64,000 nucleotides of DNA, from contig ADNK01000828.1 of assembly GCA_000320545.1 (NCBI GenBank), positions 1 through 64,000 on the forward strand. Reading direction: 5' to 3'. The DNA comes from Bigelowiella natans CCMP2755. Lineage: Eukaryota > Protista > Cercozoa. Positions 1-13,200 of the stretch are shown in pieces (within the stretch, counting starts at the first letter, position 1; the number at the start of each line of letters is the position of its first letter). The notes under the pieces are model-generated. The model did not search any database, was not told the DNA's origin, and saw only the letters and a program-made list of their open reading frames with translations. The translations under genes and the position numbers were made by a program.

Positions 1-526
1 GATGATGATGATGATGATGATGGAGATCATTGATTGAGAGTTGATTGAGTTGGATGTACTGCTTTTCAAAGATATATAGATGATGAAGAAAACATAAATC
101 GTGTGCTACAATGACTACTACTACTACTACTACTACTACCGGGAGAGCTTCTCTGAGGGAGTCGCTCGTCAGATGTAGCTGGTGCGGCATGAGCACCTTG
201 GTGCAAAACAACACACAATGTTGGCTAAAGCAATAGGACGATGGAATCTGTCTTTACACAGCAGAGGAAACACATGATCTTTACTCGAAAACGCACAAGC
301 ACAAATCAAACAATTTCTTCAACATTGAGAATCATTACCCAGCAAGGACAATCTCATGCATTCTCCCCCACCCCACCCTCCCAAAAAATAAATCTCCCTG
401 CAATGCTTATGTTGATATGCTACTATACCCTTCCGTCTGGCCCGGTAATCAAGCAGCTGGTTGGAATGCGCTTGGATCCGATTTCCTTCGTTGTCGTCAT
501 CAATCATCAATTGGATGGAGGTTGAT

Positions 527-566
<40 letters not shown>

Positions 567-1022
567 AGAGTGTGTTGGGGGAAGAGGAGAAGAGGAGTTG
601 GGTTGCTGCAGGAATAAGAGCGAGAGAGAGAGGGAGAAAGAGAGAGAGGGGAAATTGCTCTGCTGATAGCACAACCTTTAGGGCTTCATCAGGTGCACAA
701 TGCCGTTTGGCAAATGTTCTGAAAGTTAGCGAAGAAGAAGACGACGAGACATTAACATAAGCTTTTAAGTAGGATCCCTCCCCCGCCCTCTCTCTCTTTC
801 TACTTCGCTTCCACACAGAGAGAGGGGGGGGGAGGGTGGTACAAATTGGGAACCCACATGCAAGAGCACATAATAGCACCAACCACAAACTAGATTCCAC
901 ACGTCATCACGAGAACGATGACATTACTTAAATAGGAGTGGGCAATTCTTCCGGATATTGTCCGGTAGGGTAGCAGAGAGTAAGATCGACACACGAGGTA
1001 CGTTCCCAGCCTTTCAAGGTAA

Positions 1023-1056
<34 letters not shown>

Positions 1057-1508
1057 TAACCATAGTAGGAAAAAGAATCATTGGCTTCCAAACCTGATCT
1101 GGTACATTACAATTTGAACCCCCCCCCCCCCCCTTTATTCATTCAAATAATGAGTGTTCGGTAGAGAATATAACCAGTTGAGCGTAAGCTTCCGCAATCG
1201 GGTTGTCCTCCATCTGAGAATGAATAGAAGTGAATAGAATACCATGCACATCACAAGTACGATTAGAATAAGAACAAGCAAACTGTAAATACAACAACGA
1301 TAGATACACGACAACAACAACAACATGGTATGCTAGCACTTGAGTCATCAAGTGAGAGAAAGAGAGGATTCTCCATAGGTGTATTTACCCCATATTCCGC
1401 CCCCGCAGTTGGCTAAGATATTATATCACCGCACGACACACACGCACACACCCACACAAACACAAAGATATTAGATTCTCGTTTTCCTTTTAAAACTCTC
1501 TCTATATT

Positions 1509-1546
<38 letters not shown>

Positions 1547-1775
1547 TTGAATGTGCGTTGTTGTTTGTTTGTGCGACACGCTCTTATGCTTGCCTTTCCT
1601 GCACGGTTATGGCACTTACTTCGTCCAGATAGAGCACAAATTGGTCAGGGAAAAGCTTCAATAGCTTTAAAGCTAATGGAAGGTATCATGAAGAACACAC
1701 ACACGGATATACACAGAGAGTGGATAGATAACAAGCTTCCTAGAAGTAACGTGTTGCTTCCAGTAGAGAACAAAG

Positions 1776-1822
<47 letters not shown>

Positions 1823-1918
1823 GAGAGGTTTATACGTGTAGTTTGTCTGTGAAATACTATCTAACCTGAAGCAGGATCTGCAACTACCAATGGTGCCCAG
1901 TTCTGCATATTAACAAAA

Positions 1919-1977
<59 letters not shown>

Positions 1978-2813
1978 AGAGAAAAGGTGAGGATAATAAT
2001 AAGTGGTAAGATGTACCCACTACTTTCCAAATGATTAAAAATGATAAGGATGCGGATAATTCTGAGTCGAAGCGTACTCAAAATTAAGCCAGTATTATTT
2101 ACTACTACTAGTCTTTTAGTGCAGTACAACTTGAGTGGTCCTGTTAAAGTACTCCACTTGCCGCTTTAGACTCTCATCCAGCTTACGTGCTTGAGCCTTT
2201 GTAATGATAAGATGATAATGAAGTTCATCAGAGAAAAGGGAGGGGAGAAAGAAGAAGGGGGTTATACAATAACAAACGCACACGGCTAAACAGGAGGATA
2301 TACTGGAATTAAGTTAGTTTTATCAGATTAGAAGATCAGCTGTGGCATCATCGTGAACAACAAGCAACAGCAGCTGCTGTAGCTCTGGACAGCTACTTAC
2401 TTGCTTCCATTGTAACCAGCATGAGTAATGCGGACGCACAGATGTCTTCACGTGTTTGAATAGACCTTCCTCTCTCTTCCCCCGCTCTTGAAGATATTAA
2501 TACAATCATCATCATCATCATCGTCGTCATCATCGTTATAACAATTTTAGTATTGGATCTGACCCGTTTGTACTTCTCCTTGTTCCCTCTCCCCCCCTTC
2601 CTCCTCCTCTTCCTCCTCCTCCTCCTCCTCCTCATTCTCTTTGATCTTCATATTGTCCTTCAGCCTCTTAGCAAGCATCTCCGTGTTCTCTTCTTCGTCC
2701 CCCCCCTCCCTCACGTCATGGTCATCTCTCTTCGAGCATCGTCTCATGGTAGCAGCAGCATGCGCCTCATGCTCGGAAGAAACTACCCAGAATGGCAACG
2801 TTGTACCTATTGG

Positions 2814-2847
<34 letters not shown>

Positions 2848-3255
2848 ATGATGATATGATGATGATGGTGATGAGAAGACAAACAAGGAGGGGAGCGTCA
2901 GCAGTACACTGCATCTATTGTAGCAGCCAACGACTATAATTTGTTGCTTTTTTTTTAGTGTGAAATGTGGATTTGCTGCTGCTGCTGCTGCTGCTGTGGT
3001 GATTCTTCCTTCTTCCTTGTTGTTAATTTGTCTGAGTACCGCTTGCAAGGGCCCCAGCGCACACACTTGTCCTCACCTATAATGATGATGATGATGATGG
3101 TGGTGGTAGTGGCAGTGGTGGTGATGATGGTGGTGCGATGAGATGGTGAAGATACCAGCCGCAATGACCATCTTATGAAAGAGTTTGTTTGATGTTTTGA
3201 AGTACCAATGGATTGTAGCAGCAATAAAGCAGTCGTTTGTTAGTGCCTGAATGTT

Positions 3256-3289
<34 letters not shown>

Positions 3290-3492
3290 AAGTTAGGAAT
3301 TATCTAACACTGGCTGCTGCTACTTTACCACCCTTCTCCCCTCCTCCTCCTCCTCCTCCTCCTCCTTCTCCTTCTATTACTGCTGCTACTACTACTATAA
3401 TTACATTTCTGTGCGTGCAATGTACTGAGTGCTGATGCAAGTGCAACAGCTAGCACCGTTTTCCCTCCTGATGGTGGCGTCTGAAGTGGCGA

Positions 3493-3529
<37 letters not shown>

Positions 3530-3918
3530 AGTCGTCGTCATCGTCATCACCGTGAGTTGTTAAAATATGTGTATTATGTGAGATATATCAATCAACAAGC
3601 ACGAGGAGGAGGCAAAGAAAAAGGTGATGGCGTTGGTGATAGTAGTAGATGTATTATTATTATTATTGGTAATAGTAGTAGTAGTAGTAGTAGTAGTAGT
3701 AGAGGTATAAATACTTTGTAGCAAAGCAGCAGTGGCTCGTCTTGAATGATAGCCTTCGCAGCTAACTCTACAACCTTTGATGATAGAGGAGGAGGAGGAG
3801 GAGGAGGAGGAGGAGGAGGAGGGCAAAGATATAACAACATGACAATAATAATAAGAATTAGAAATCATCTCCCACAGATATTTGACCGTCTGTGTATGCA
3901 GCAGCAGATGCCACATGC

Positions 3919-3957
<39 letters not shown>

Positions 3958-5888
3958 GGTGAATGCAGGGGGAGGGGTTTGTGCCTCCTGTTGCTCTTCA
4001 TAAGGTTTCAGCGTCGTTGCCCTTTCAATCCTCTGAAACGTCGAGGAATGGAGGAAGATAGGATATGACTCGAATAGTGTCGGATACCTAGTAGCAAGCA
4101 TAAAAATGACCATCACGACGTTGCTGTGTACTACTTAAATGCTGATAGCAGTAGGCACTCAATGCATTTAGGTGCGTGAATCCTTAGACTGCAGCGAGGC
4201 GGAGCATTGCATTCAAAGAATCAACAGCAGAATATTAGGAAAACAACAACAACAACTCTTTGTGCTTTCATCACGATGAAGCACACGGAATAGAGCTTTC
4301 TCTGAATACATACTACTACTATCGTCGTTGCTATTATTGCTGTTGTCATCATCCCTCTTTCTCTTCTTTAAAAATGGACGTATATTTAGGGCATAGTGCT
4401 ATATAATTCTATGCTCTGCCACGATGTTGATCTTACATTTGTCCATCCATTCTGTACTGGATGTGGGCCTTAAGAGCATGCAATACCTAGACAACAGCAA
4501 AGTGATGCGTCTACTCAATGAAGAAGAAAGGCCATCATCGTTTCGAATATATCGTATACATGGTGCTATGCTCAAGAGTGGTTTTCAAAGCAGCAGTTTC
4601 TATTCATTTACCATGGATGCGTGCCCCTGACACCGGCTGCCAACGGTGGATCTAACAGTGATTCAACACAAAAGGAGATGGGGAAGGAAAGAAGCAGCAG
4701 CAGCAGCAGCAACAGTACCAGCAACAAAACATAAAATATCCTCGAAATTCGTCATCATCTCTTGAGTTATACAGTGATCATAACACTATTACTACTACTA
4801 CTACTACTACTACTACTACCTGTGCGCTTGAAGTGCTCTTTGCAAGGACAAGCATGCATCTAGTAGCACCTGCCGACACACAAAAACGGCAAGTAAGGAG
4901 CCAACCTGCTCGCGGGGAGGACATTCTTTGCAAAGAAGAACGATAATGGCAACAGAAACAACAACATAGAGAAAGAAGAGCGTGAATCTTGTCCTTCCCT
5001 GCACGTCACTACTCTCTCGTATTGTTTTCGATAGTAGTAGAAGTAATAATAAGAGCACCTTGTCCTCGATTTCCTCCTCTCTCCCTTCTTTGATAGAAGG
5101 TGGAACATCGACACCTCCTTCCAACAACTCTTCAACAGTAACCCCCTCTCTCAATACCTGATTCATGGGGATGGGTAAAGCACCGAGGAGGACGAGGAGG
5201 CGGAGGGGAAGTAGCAGCAGCAGCAAGCAGCAGCAAGAAGATGATATTATGATGATTGAAATCAATCGTGGAGGAGGGAGAGCAATGGATGGCTGTGTGC
5301 GTGTATATGTGCGTGCATCGTGTATGCAATGAAGAAGGAAAGCAACACACACAAAAACACATATAGACACACGATTGAAAGACAGAGTAAAGAAAGAGGC
5401 CATTACCCCTTCCCGCATAAGAATCCTTATCCCCCAAATCATCATTGCCGTCAACGATGACGATGGAAAGTAGTACTCACCTCCTAGTTTGTTGTGTTGT
5501 GTATGTCTCCTATCACTTTGGCAGGTAAATATTACACACAACAACTATAATATCCCACCCAGACTACCGCCCCCCCCCCCCCCCCCCCTCTCCCTCGGTC
5601 TCATGATGATATTATACCTTTTGATAAAATTCACAAGTCATTCACATTATAATATACCACCAGATATTTCAAACGCCCTGCGCTTATCGCCCCTACTCAT
5701 ACTACCACTGCTATTACTAGTGTCACCATATTCTTCCAAAATCATATTACTTCCAACCACCTGCTCTATAGGCCATGCACTTGTCATCAACTTGCATCTT
5801 GGAGAAATCATCGGCGCTGTGCTTTCGATCCAGCTTTTCAGCAGAGACCAAATGAAGAAATGTAAATCAACACGTACACGCACACTCA

Positions 5889-5968
<80 letters not shown>

Positions 5969-6139
5969 GTATAGAAATACAAGATCTCGCCTTACCTCTA
6001 ACTTGGCGGCTTTTTGCACCTTCAATGACAACGTGGAATACAATCAATCAATGTGTGGATTATGTTACTATGTATATAGTCTTACATATACTTGATGATA
6101 CAGAATGCATCGTTAGTATTGGTTGCAAATGTTGTCAGT

Positions 6140-6176
<37 letters not shown>

Positions 6177-7140
6177 GTATATATCGTTGACGTCGTTTAA
6201 ATCTTACTACTCCAAGGTTGTTGTTGTTGTTGTTGTTGTTGTCATTACTTTGTGAGCATCTACTTTCTGTGCCTTCTTTGAACCCTAAAAACACGCGCGT
6301 CCATGTGGTAAGTAAGGAACGTAGATGATACACAAACAGCTCCAAGGAACCCCCCCTCCTGACCCTCTGCTAATACTAACAAACATCGTGTGTGTGTGCG
6401 TGTGTGTCTGTGCTGGGCTTGCAATATTACTGGTTTGGGTTGTTTCTTCTTTTTCTTGCCTTGAGGCGGAGAGTTTAATGCTAATTGTGAGGATGTAGCT
6501 GCTGCTGACACTGCTATATCACTAGATTGCGGGGAGATCTCAGAAAGAAGCCCCGGTGGAGGAGGTCCAAATAAGATGTTAAAACTGTTATTTACACATT
6601 TAATACATTCAATATGTTATGAAACGATCTACATCAGCACTACACAAAGGGTGCTGCGTTGATAGTTGAGTGCTCAAACCTCATACGAAGCTCTTCGGAG
6701 CTTTCCCGTATGACCCTTTCAAGCCAGTTGTAGCCGTCGTCGTCTACCTTGCTTGTGCCGTTTGGATCATGACCATCATTCTGGTTTTGGATCTTACTGC
6801 CTTCGCTTTTCTTCATCGCCAACTTTGCTCTTGCCCTTCCTTTCTGGAGCTCTCCTTGCCGACGGCTGTCACGTAGTAATTCATACGCTCGATCTCGTCC
6901 TAAATTTTATCACCAACACATACATGTTGTCAGGAGTACACCGAAGGAGGAATGGGGCGGCGGCGGGGGGGGGGAGGGGGGGGGGAAGAAGGAGCACCGA
7001 AGCGGGAGAGCATGGATGGAACAGGATCCAAAGATACACGGCCCAGCTCTTCCACTTGGCTGATGGCGATCACGGGTCATTTTAATATTTATAATGATGG
7101 ATGATGGAATACATAGTATTTATCACAACGACTCACACAT

Positions 7141-7172
<32 letters not shown>

Positions 7173-8306
7173 TAGTAGCAGCGCAATCAGATACCACGAC
7201 ACTACGGTTTTCTTGCATTGGGTGTTGGTCCAACAAAGATAGGTCGCCGAGGCAACAGCAAACAACAAGCTAGGTGTTTCTTACTTCCACTCGCTCTTCG
7301 TCATGGTGCGGGACGTTGCCTGTAAACAAGCACAAAGGAGTTGACAAATGACAAGTAATTACATTGAAAAGGGGAAAGTAATGAATAAAAAACAACAATT
7401 AATAACAAGCGGCCTGTCGTTACATAGAAATGACGCAAGCATCTGCATTGATTTTGTGCCTATGTTGCAGTACCTGGATCGCCTTTTTGTTTTCATTTAT
7501 CTCGTCTCTGAGATCCTGTTCCGATTGTTCCTCATTTGCTGCTGCTGCTTTTGTTGCACCGACATTATCATCAGTGCCATCCTGGTCATCATTCTCGTTG
7601 GGAGGGGGCTGTTCCTTTCTTCTTCTCCTGAGGCCACCTCCTCGCAAGCCGGTTGATGAGGACGACGTGGACATAGAAGACGAGTTCCAGGCTCCTCGGC
7701 GCTGTTTATATATTACATTCAGAGCTTTCACTTATTCGATCCCGAGATTCGAACAAGTCCAACAACAATAGAAGGAGATAAGAAGAAGAAGAAGAAGAAG
7801 AAGCAGGGAGAAGAAGCAGGGAGAAGAACTAGGAGATACCCGGAATCGCCGACGAAGCTCATCAGAGCTACGACTACTACTACTCGGATCTGACAATACC
7901 AACAAGCTCTGGAACAGTGGCAGGCCGCTGTGTTCCGAGTTCACTCCCCTAGGAAGATAGCGTGGTTAACGACGACGACGACGCACAACGAAGAATATAT
8001 TTGTGCCTCATGCATATGCACTCTGCTAAGCCTAAGAAAAAGAAGAAGAAGAAGGAGGAGGAGGAGAAGAAGAAGACTCTACCGGCTCAGGAGGCGGCAC
8101 TTGTTTCCACTACATCGCCCTCCCCTTTCCTCCAAAAGTAACGATAGCGGCAGCAGGCACAGTGTCAGGCAGGCCAGCGCAGCGCGGCCACAGGGGCGCG
8201 TACGCGAGGCCATGAGTTGTTTCCCTTCCCAAGTAGCGATGGCGGTTGATCGATCTCCCTCCCCCTTCCGATAAGTAGCCAATCCAGCCCAGGGGCGGGT
8301 CACCAC
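1..8306 (-). CDS. Large multi-exon gene (>20 short exons) of unknown product, 3' end runs off the window; start not resolved
   Basis: Many GT-AG-bounded exons read as plausible protein, several joining in consistent phase. Examples: RDRAYELLRDSRRQGELQK...WLERVIRESSEELRMR (~6670-6890), EKALFRVLHRDESTK+SLRIHAPKCIECLLLSAFK (~4130-4300), ECPPREQVGSLLAVFVCRQVLLDACLSLQRALQAH (~4820-4930), AQARKLDESLKRQVEYFNRTTQ+NWAPLVVADPAS (~1865-2200). Introns are filled with microsatellites. Confidence 0.6.
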
Positions 8307-8535
8307 AACTCAGCGATATAGCGAGGCCTTCAGCACATATTTAGACTTCGTATGTCCCGAAAATCACCAAGGATTATGTCCTGCGACATGACTCTGTGGC
8401 TTACTCGCTGTAAGTTTGAGCGGTATCCCTGGGTAGCATCATATTCGATTAAGACATAAGTTATTCTTACTAGCTACTGCTGCTGCCTCTGAGAGCGGCT
8501 TCCTCAAAACCCATATCATCGTCATCATCATCATC

Positions 8536-9499
8536 ATGATCGTGTACGCTCTCTTCGTCGCTTGGAACGTGCTTGCTGGGCTTGTGATACGTTGGTTCGG
8601 AGGAGGGTTCCTCTCCACCCTCCTTGGGTGCCTAGGGAGCTCGGCGTGGATGTTTGACATGCTCTACCTCCTCGAGTTTCATGTGAGAGCTTACTACAGC
8701 CTCAAGCGCTTTCACGAGAAGGGTCCAATGCCTTTGACAGAATGGCATGAGATTGCGCAAATAGCAGCCCCTATGGACATCGATATATTCGGTCATATGA
8801 ACAACGCCCGCTACAATCGAAGGGCGGAGTACTCGAGGTGGTGGAGTTAAAACCATGGCGTGAAAAAAGATATTTCATTTTTCGTCTGCATTAAAAACTC
8901 AAGCACTTTCTTCCTATCTGACCCATCGTGCATCTAACACGCTCAGAATAAGTTACTTCATTGAATGCGGTCTGCGAAGAGCGTCGAATGGGCTTGGAAT
9001 TCGTGGGGGCATCCTTAAAAGCATGGCGATGCGGTTTCGTCGGCAGATCAACCCCTTTCAGACTTTTAGTATCCGTATAAAATTGATAGGGTGGAAGGGG
9101 AAGGAGTTGTATTTTCAGCAAAGAATGGTGACAAAGGATGCCCGAGGGGAGGAGTTCGTCAACGCCTTCTCCGTCTCGATCTATAAGATTCCCAGGAAAA
9201 GTAAGTACAACGCCATCGATATGATTAAGGTTATAGACCCGGCCTTCGCGAAGACAGTTGGAACAGATTCTTTCTTATCAGATGATCCTAACGACGATTT
9301 GAAAATGGAGGATAACTCCGAATCAAAGAGTATCTCATCTGCAGCTGCAGCACAACCTCTATCATCACAATCCAGTAACGGCCAGCAAGAGTCGACTGAG
9401 CGGCAAAAGAAAATCAGTGTTTCGGATCTAGTTCGTGCATACAATCGATTCGAGGAACTATCCAGCACCTATCTTAATCCTAATAGACTTCGCAATTAA
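8536..9499 (+). CDS. Thioesterase (hot-dog fold, THEM6/4HBT-like) with N-terminal hydrophobic segment; 2 exons (8536-8837, 8947-9499)
   Basis: Motif DIDIFGHMNNARY followed by MRFRRQINPFQTF is typical of THEM6-like thioesterases. The phase-2 intron joins YSR|ISYF in frame. Confidence 0.85.
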
Positions 9500-10279
9500 T
9501 ATAGCGAGTCGGTTTGCAGATGTAATAGCTGTGTACTCATGCTCGATAATGAGACTGTAATGCCAACAGAGCTAATATAGTAATCAGAACGCAACGTCAA
9601 AGTTTGCACATGAGCGACAGCATATTCTTAAAAAATACTTATGCATGTAGGCTACAATCGAGAAAGGTGATATAATCGTGTGCGGCAAAAATCTTAGCGA
9701 GCACGCCTGTAGTTTATCGCGATTCAACATATCCCACCGCTGTGCCTGGCAGCTTTAAGTTAAAGAGACGGCATACATGATATCTTATACAAATAGACAC
9801 AAAATGAGCGCTGTAGCCGCTGTTTTGCACAGCTACATTAGGATGACTATTGAAAATATATATTTAATCACTTCATTACATCCGTCTCACATAATAAGCG
9901 CAAGTCATATGTGTAACTCATGTTACACGTTTCACTCACTGCAGGGTAGGCGTGAAGAAGCTTATTATTTAACACATAGCGATTATTACAAATGTATATC
10001 AGCCGATGTGAACGTATACAGCTGAGGAACATTTGCAATAGGCATCTGTAGATTTGCGAGAATCTATAAACGCATAGCTGATGATACATCTAGATGTAAG
10101 TAGCTTTAATGCTAAATACGCTGCTCTTCATTTTGCTATTCCTATTTTTTAAGTCTCTCAAGCGTCTTGTTCGATCAAGGCTATAAAGTGAATTCAGCTA
10201 TGGTGTTTTGTTTTTCTAATATTCATATACGGTATTTTTATGCATGATTACAATGCAATGCATAGCTCACTAACCATTA

Positions 10280-13200
10280 TTAAATGACTTGAACTCCAAC
10301 CTTGGCACACAGTTCTCTAAACTTGCTCAGCTTGTCCTCCGGAACAAGGGACCGCAGGGCTGATGAAAGATACCCCTTACGCTGATCTGAAAGCTGAGAT
10401 AAGGACCTCGCAATGTAGCCTTCAACGCCAGGGACATCCTCAAAAGGATCATGTATTCGATCCCTTGAGTGCGCTAGCCGAGTACCTCGAACGCCTCTAT
10501 CGCCCTCGTCTTCGAGCACGGACAGATAATTGTCCTTTTCCGCGGGCTCCGCCGATGCCGAAAGCAGAGTTTCAATGAGCGCTTTGAACATGTTTTCGGG
10601 AAGGCCTGGTATGTCCCATATGGTCCCATCCTCCACTATCATTCGCGTGGTTGCAATAAGTGCTGCCTTACGGCGAATGCGTGACTTGATCTTAGGGAGG
10701 AATTCCGTCCAGAAACGAGCTTGGATTCGACCAAGAGTCTCAGCATCAAGTTTGGATTTTAAGACTGTGATTCCATGCTTCCCGACCAACACACTCAGCA
10801 GATTCATCACCGGGCCGAATCGGCGTATCGAGAGCGGCACCGTGTTCGAGCGGCCGAGCTTCTTCACGCATGGCGCAAGAATTCTCTCTAAGACCGGAGC
10901 CAGCAGTTGCGCGTCGAGGGTCTCCACGAGCCCAACGAGGACCTTCATCCCCGACTGCTCTGTCCTTCTGCTTTGCATCAGAAGCTCAGCAACACGTATG
11001 ATTTGGTCAACCACATTGCCCTGAGTTGCTAGAAGCTGCGCACATCCCTTCTTCAGGTAGGCCTGCAGCAATCGTACTAGTCCCGGCACATTGCCGGCCA
11101 TCTGCCAATTACAAGGGGCGAGAATGGGCTGAAAGAGCGAAAGATATGTAGGACTGATATCTCCTGGAGTGGCCTCCAGAAGCATGGCTATCACTTGGAA
11201 CACGTACGGCATCAAGTCCTCAAGCTGCGATTGCAGAATCTCTTGGAAAAACGGAAACAGGGCGGCTTCTAGCTCTGCCACGACTGCGAGCAGTTTTCCT
11301 GTTGCCGCCGTATCTATCCCCCCCTCACCTGGTTGTGGAATTGAACGCCCCTCCGCCATTGCCGTTGAGAGCTGCACGCGCACGACAATGGCCAACGTCT
11401 CGAAGAGGTCATGAGTGAAAGTCGTATCTGCGCATTTATTCGGCTCGACAGTGAGGCGTTTGACCATGGTTGTAATCCCAACCATCACTTGCGGGAGGAG
11501 CGGTTGGATGCTCTTAGGAGGGGAGAACCCAAGCATGTCCATCAACGCGCTCATCGCGTACTTGTTGTAAGGCCATAGGTTGTGCAGGTAGCTCTCCGAG
11601 GTAATGATTTGCAATAAGGGATCGAAGGTTTGAACAAGCACGCTGTGTACTGCTTCTGGGGAAAGCTGCCTGCGGAACTTGTCGCCAATGGGAGTCATCG
11701 TCACAAACCGCTGGAGAATCGCTGCCGTGTAGGAATGGACGACGTAGGAACTCGATTTGAGCAGCTTTGTAAGGGAGGGGGTGATGGCGAGTACGTCCTC
11801 CTGCGACAACTGCAACCTGAAGACCATGAGCGCCTTGAGAAGTAGTGCTATGAGCTCCGGTTGTGTCTTTGGCCCTACCGTGGCGAGAGATGCGAACACT
11901 TGGTCTTGTAAGAACTTGGCAATGTTTACCTTTGTGTTGAGGGTTGTCGCTCCGTATTGTCGGATGGTGCCCTTGATAGATACAGCAAGGAAGAGACTCA
12001 GCGCAGTGTACTTAGCTTGCCACCTGTCGTTGTCCTGTTCAGGGTCATACTGATCCATCAGTCGCTCGATGTGCCGCATACACAGTGATGTCACTTCGTC
12101 CTCAAACTGGACTAGGAGCCTGCGGATCAGATCAGTTGCGGATTTTGACCGAGTGCTTGTCTGGGAACCGTCAATGTTGTCCTTGACGTAGAGATAGGGA
12201 CTATCTGCAAAGCTCTCGCGATCTGCGTGGCGCATCATGAGGTTGGGGATGCAAATCCGCTCGACAATTGCTGCAATAGCCCCGTCCCCCTCGAAGAGGT
12301 TGCGATTCCAAGGCTGCCCTGACACTGTAGTCAAATAGCCAATGGCGTTGGTTACGAGGCGGTCATATGTCACATCCTCTCCGTGAGCGATTGCAATAGT
12401 CCATACGTCCCTTGTTAGTTGCGACAGGAAAGGCTTGTACTGGTCCTCATGCTTACCAACAAACAGGGAGAGGGCTTCTACAACGTTTGTGTGCAGTTCC
12501 AGGAGCTGCCGGTCGCTCTCCGAATCTATTCCCAGATCAAACTGCCCACCGTCCGTACTTTTCGAGGTAGAAGCGCCTCGGATGAGCAGCAACTTGTGAT
12601 ACATCGTCATCCACTTCGCTATCGTGTCCTCGAAGAAGGCCGGGAGCACGGTAGAGCAGAACGTAACATGTATGCGAGTCACGAATCGAAGCACCTTGTA
12701 GATATAAGCTTTCCGGTCGTCCTGTGCGGTGCCAAGTTGTTGTTGTTGTCCCTGCTCCGCATCAGCTACTACCATGTCGGTAAGGGCTGTAAAGACTTCC
12801 AGTATGGGCTGCTGTAGCGTCTCCAACGAAAAGCGCAGCTGTTCAATTTCTCTTGTTGATACTTCGGGGTCGCGGAATCGTTCCAGAACCGAATCAGCTG
12901 CTTCAACAAGCCCGGCCATCGCTTGGAAGTTCTTGGCCCCCAAATTGGCCGCAAGACGATCTCTTATCTCCGGCAGCAACGACAGCCATTTTTGCGGGAA
13001 ATCGTGCATCGCGATCGCCTAGTAACAATAGCATAGAGAAATCAAGAACACGCAACACATATATCATCCACGTACTTAAAATAATAACCCGGCAACCCAT
13101 ATGGTGTGAATTATCATTGCGATTCCCAAGCTATAAATTTGTCGTTTCGCTTTTCTTTTTTTCATGGTGGAACAATTAACTACTGAAAATCGTAAGGAAT

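Noticed and set aside
2393-3916. Many ORF-track entries with poly-Q/S/I/V/HT/CV runs, here and across 45.8-47.7, 56.3-58.2 and 62.0-62.25 kb
   Set aside because: They are translations of intronic microsatellites, not genes.
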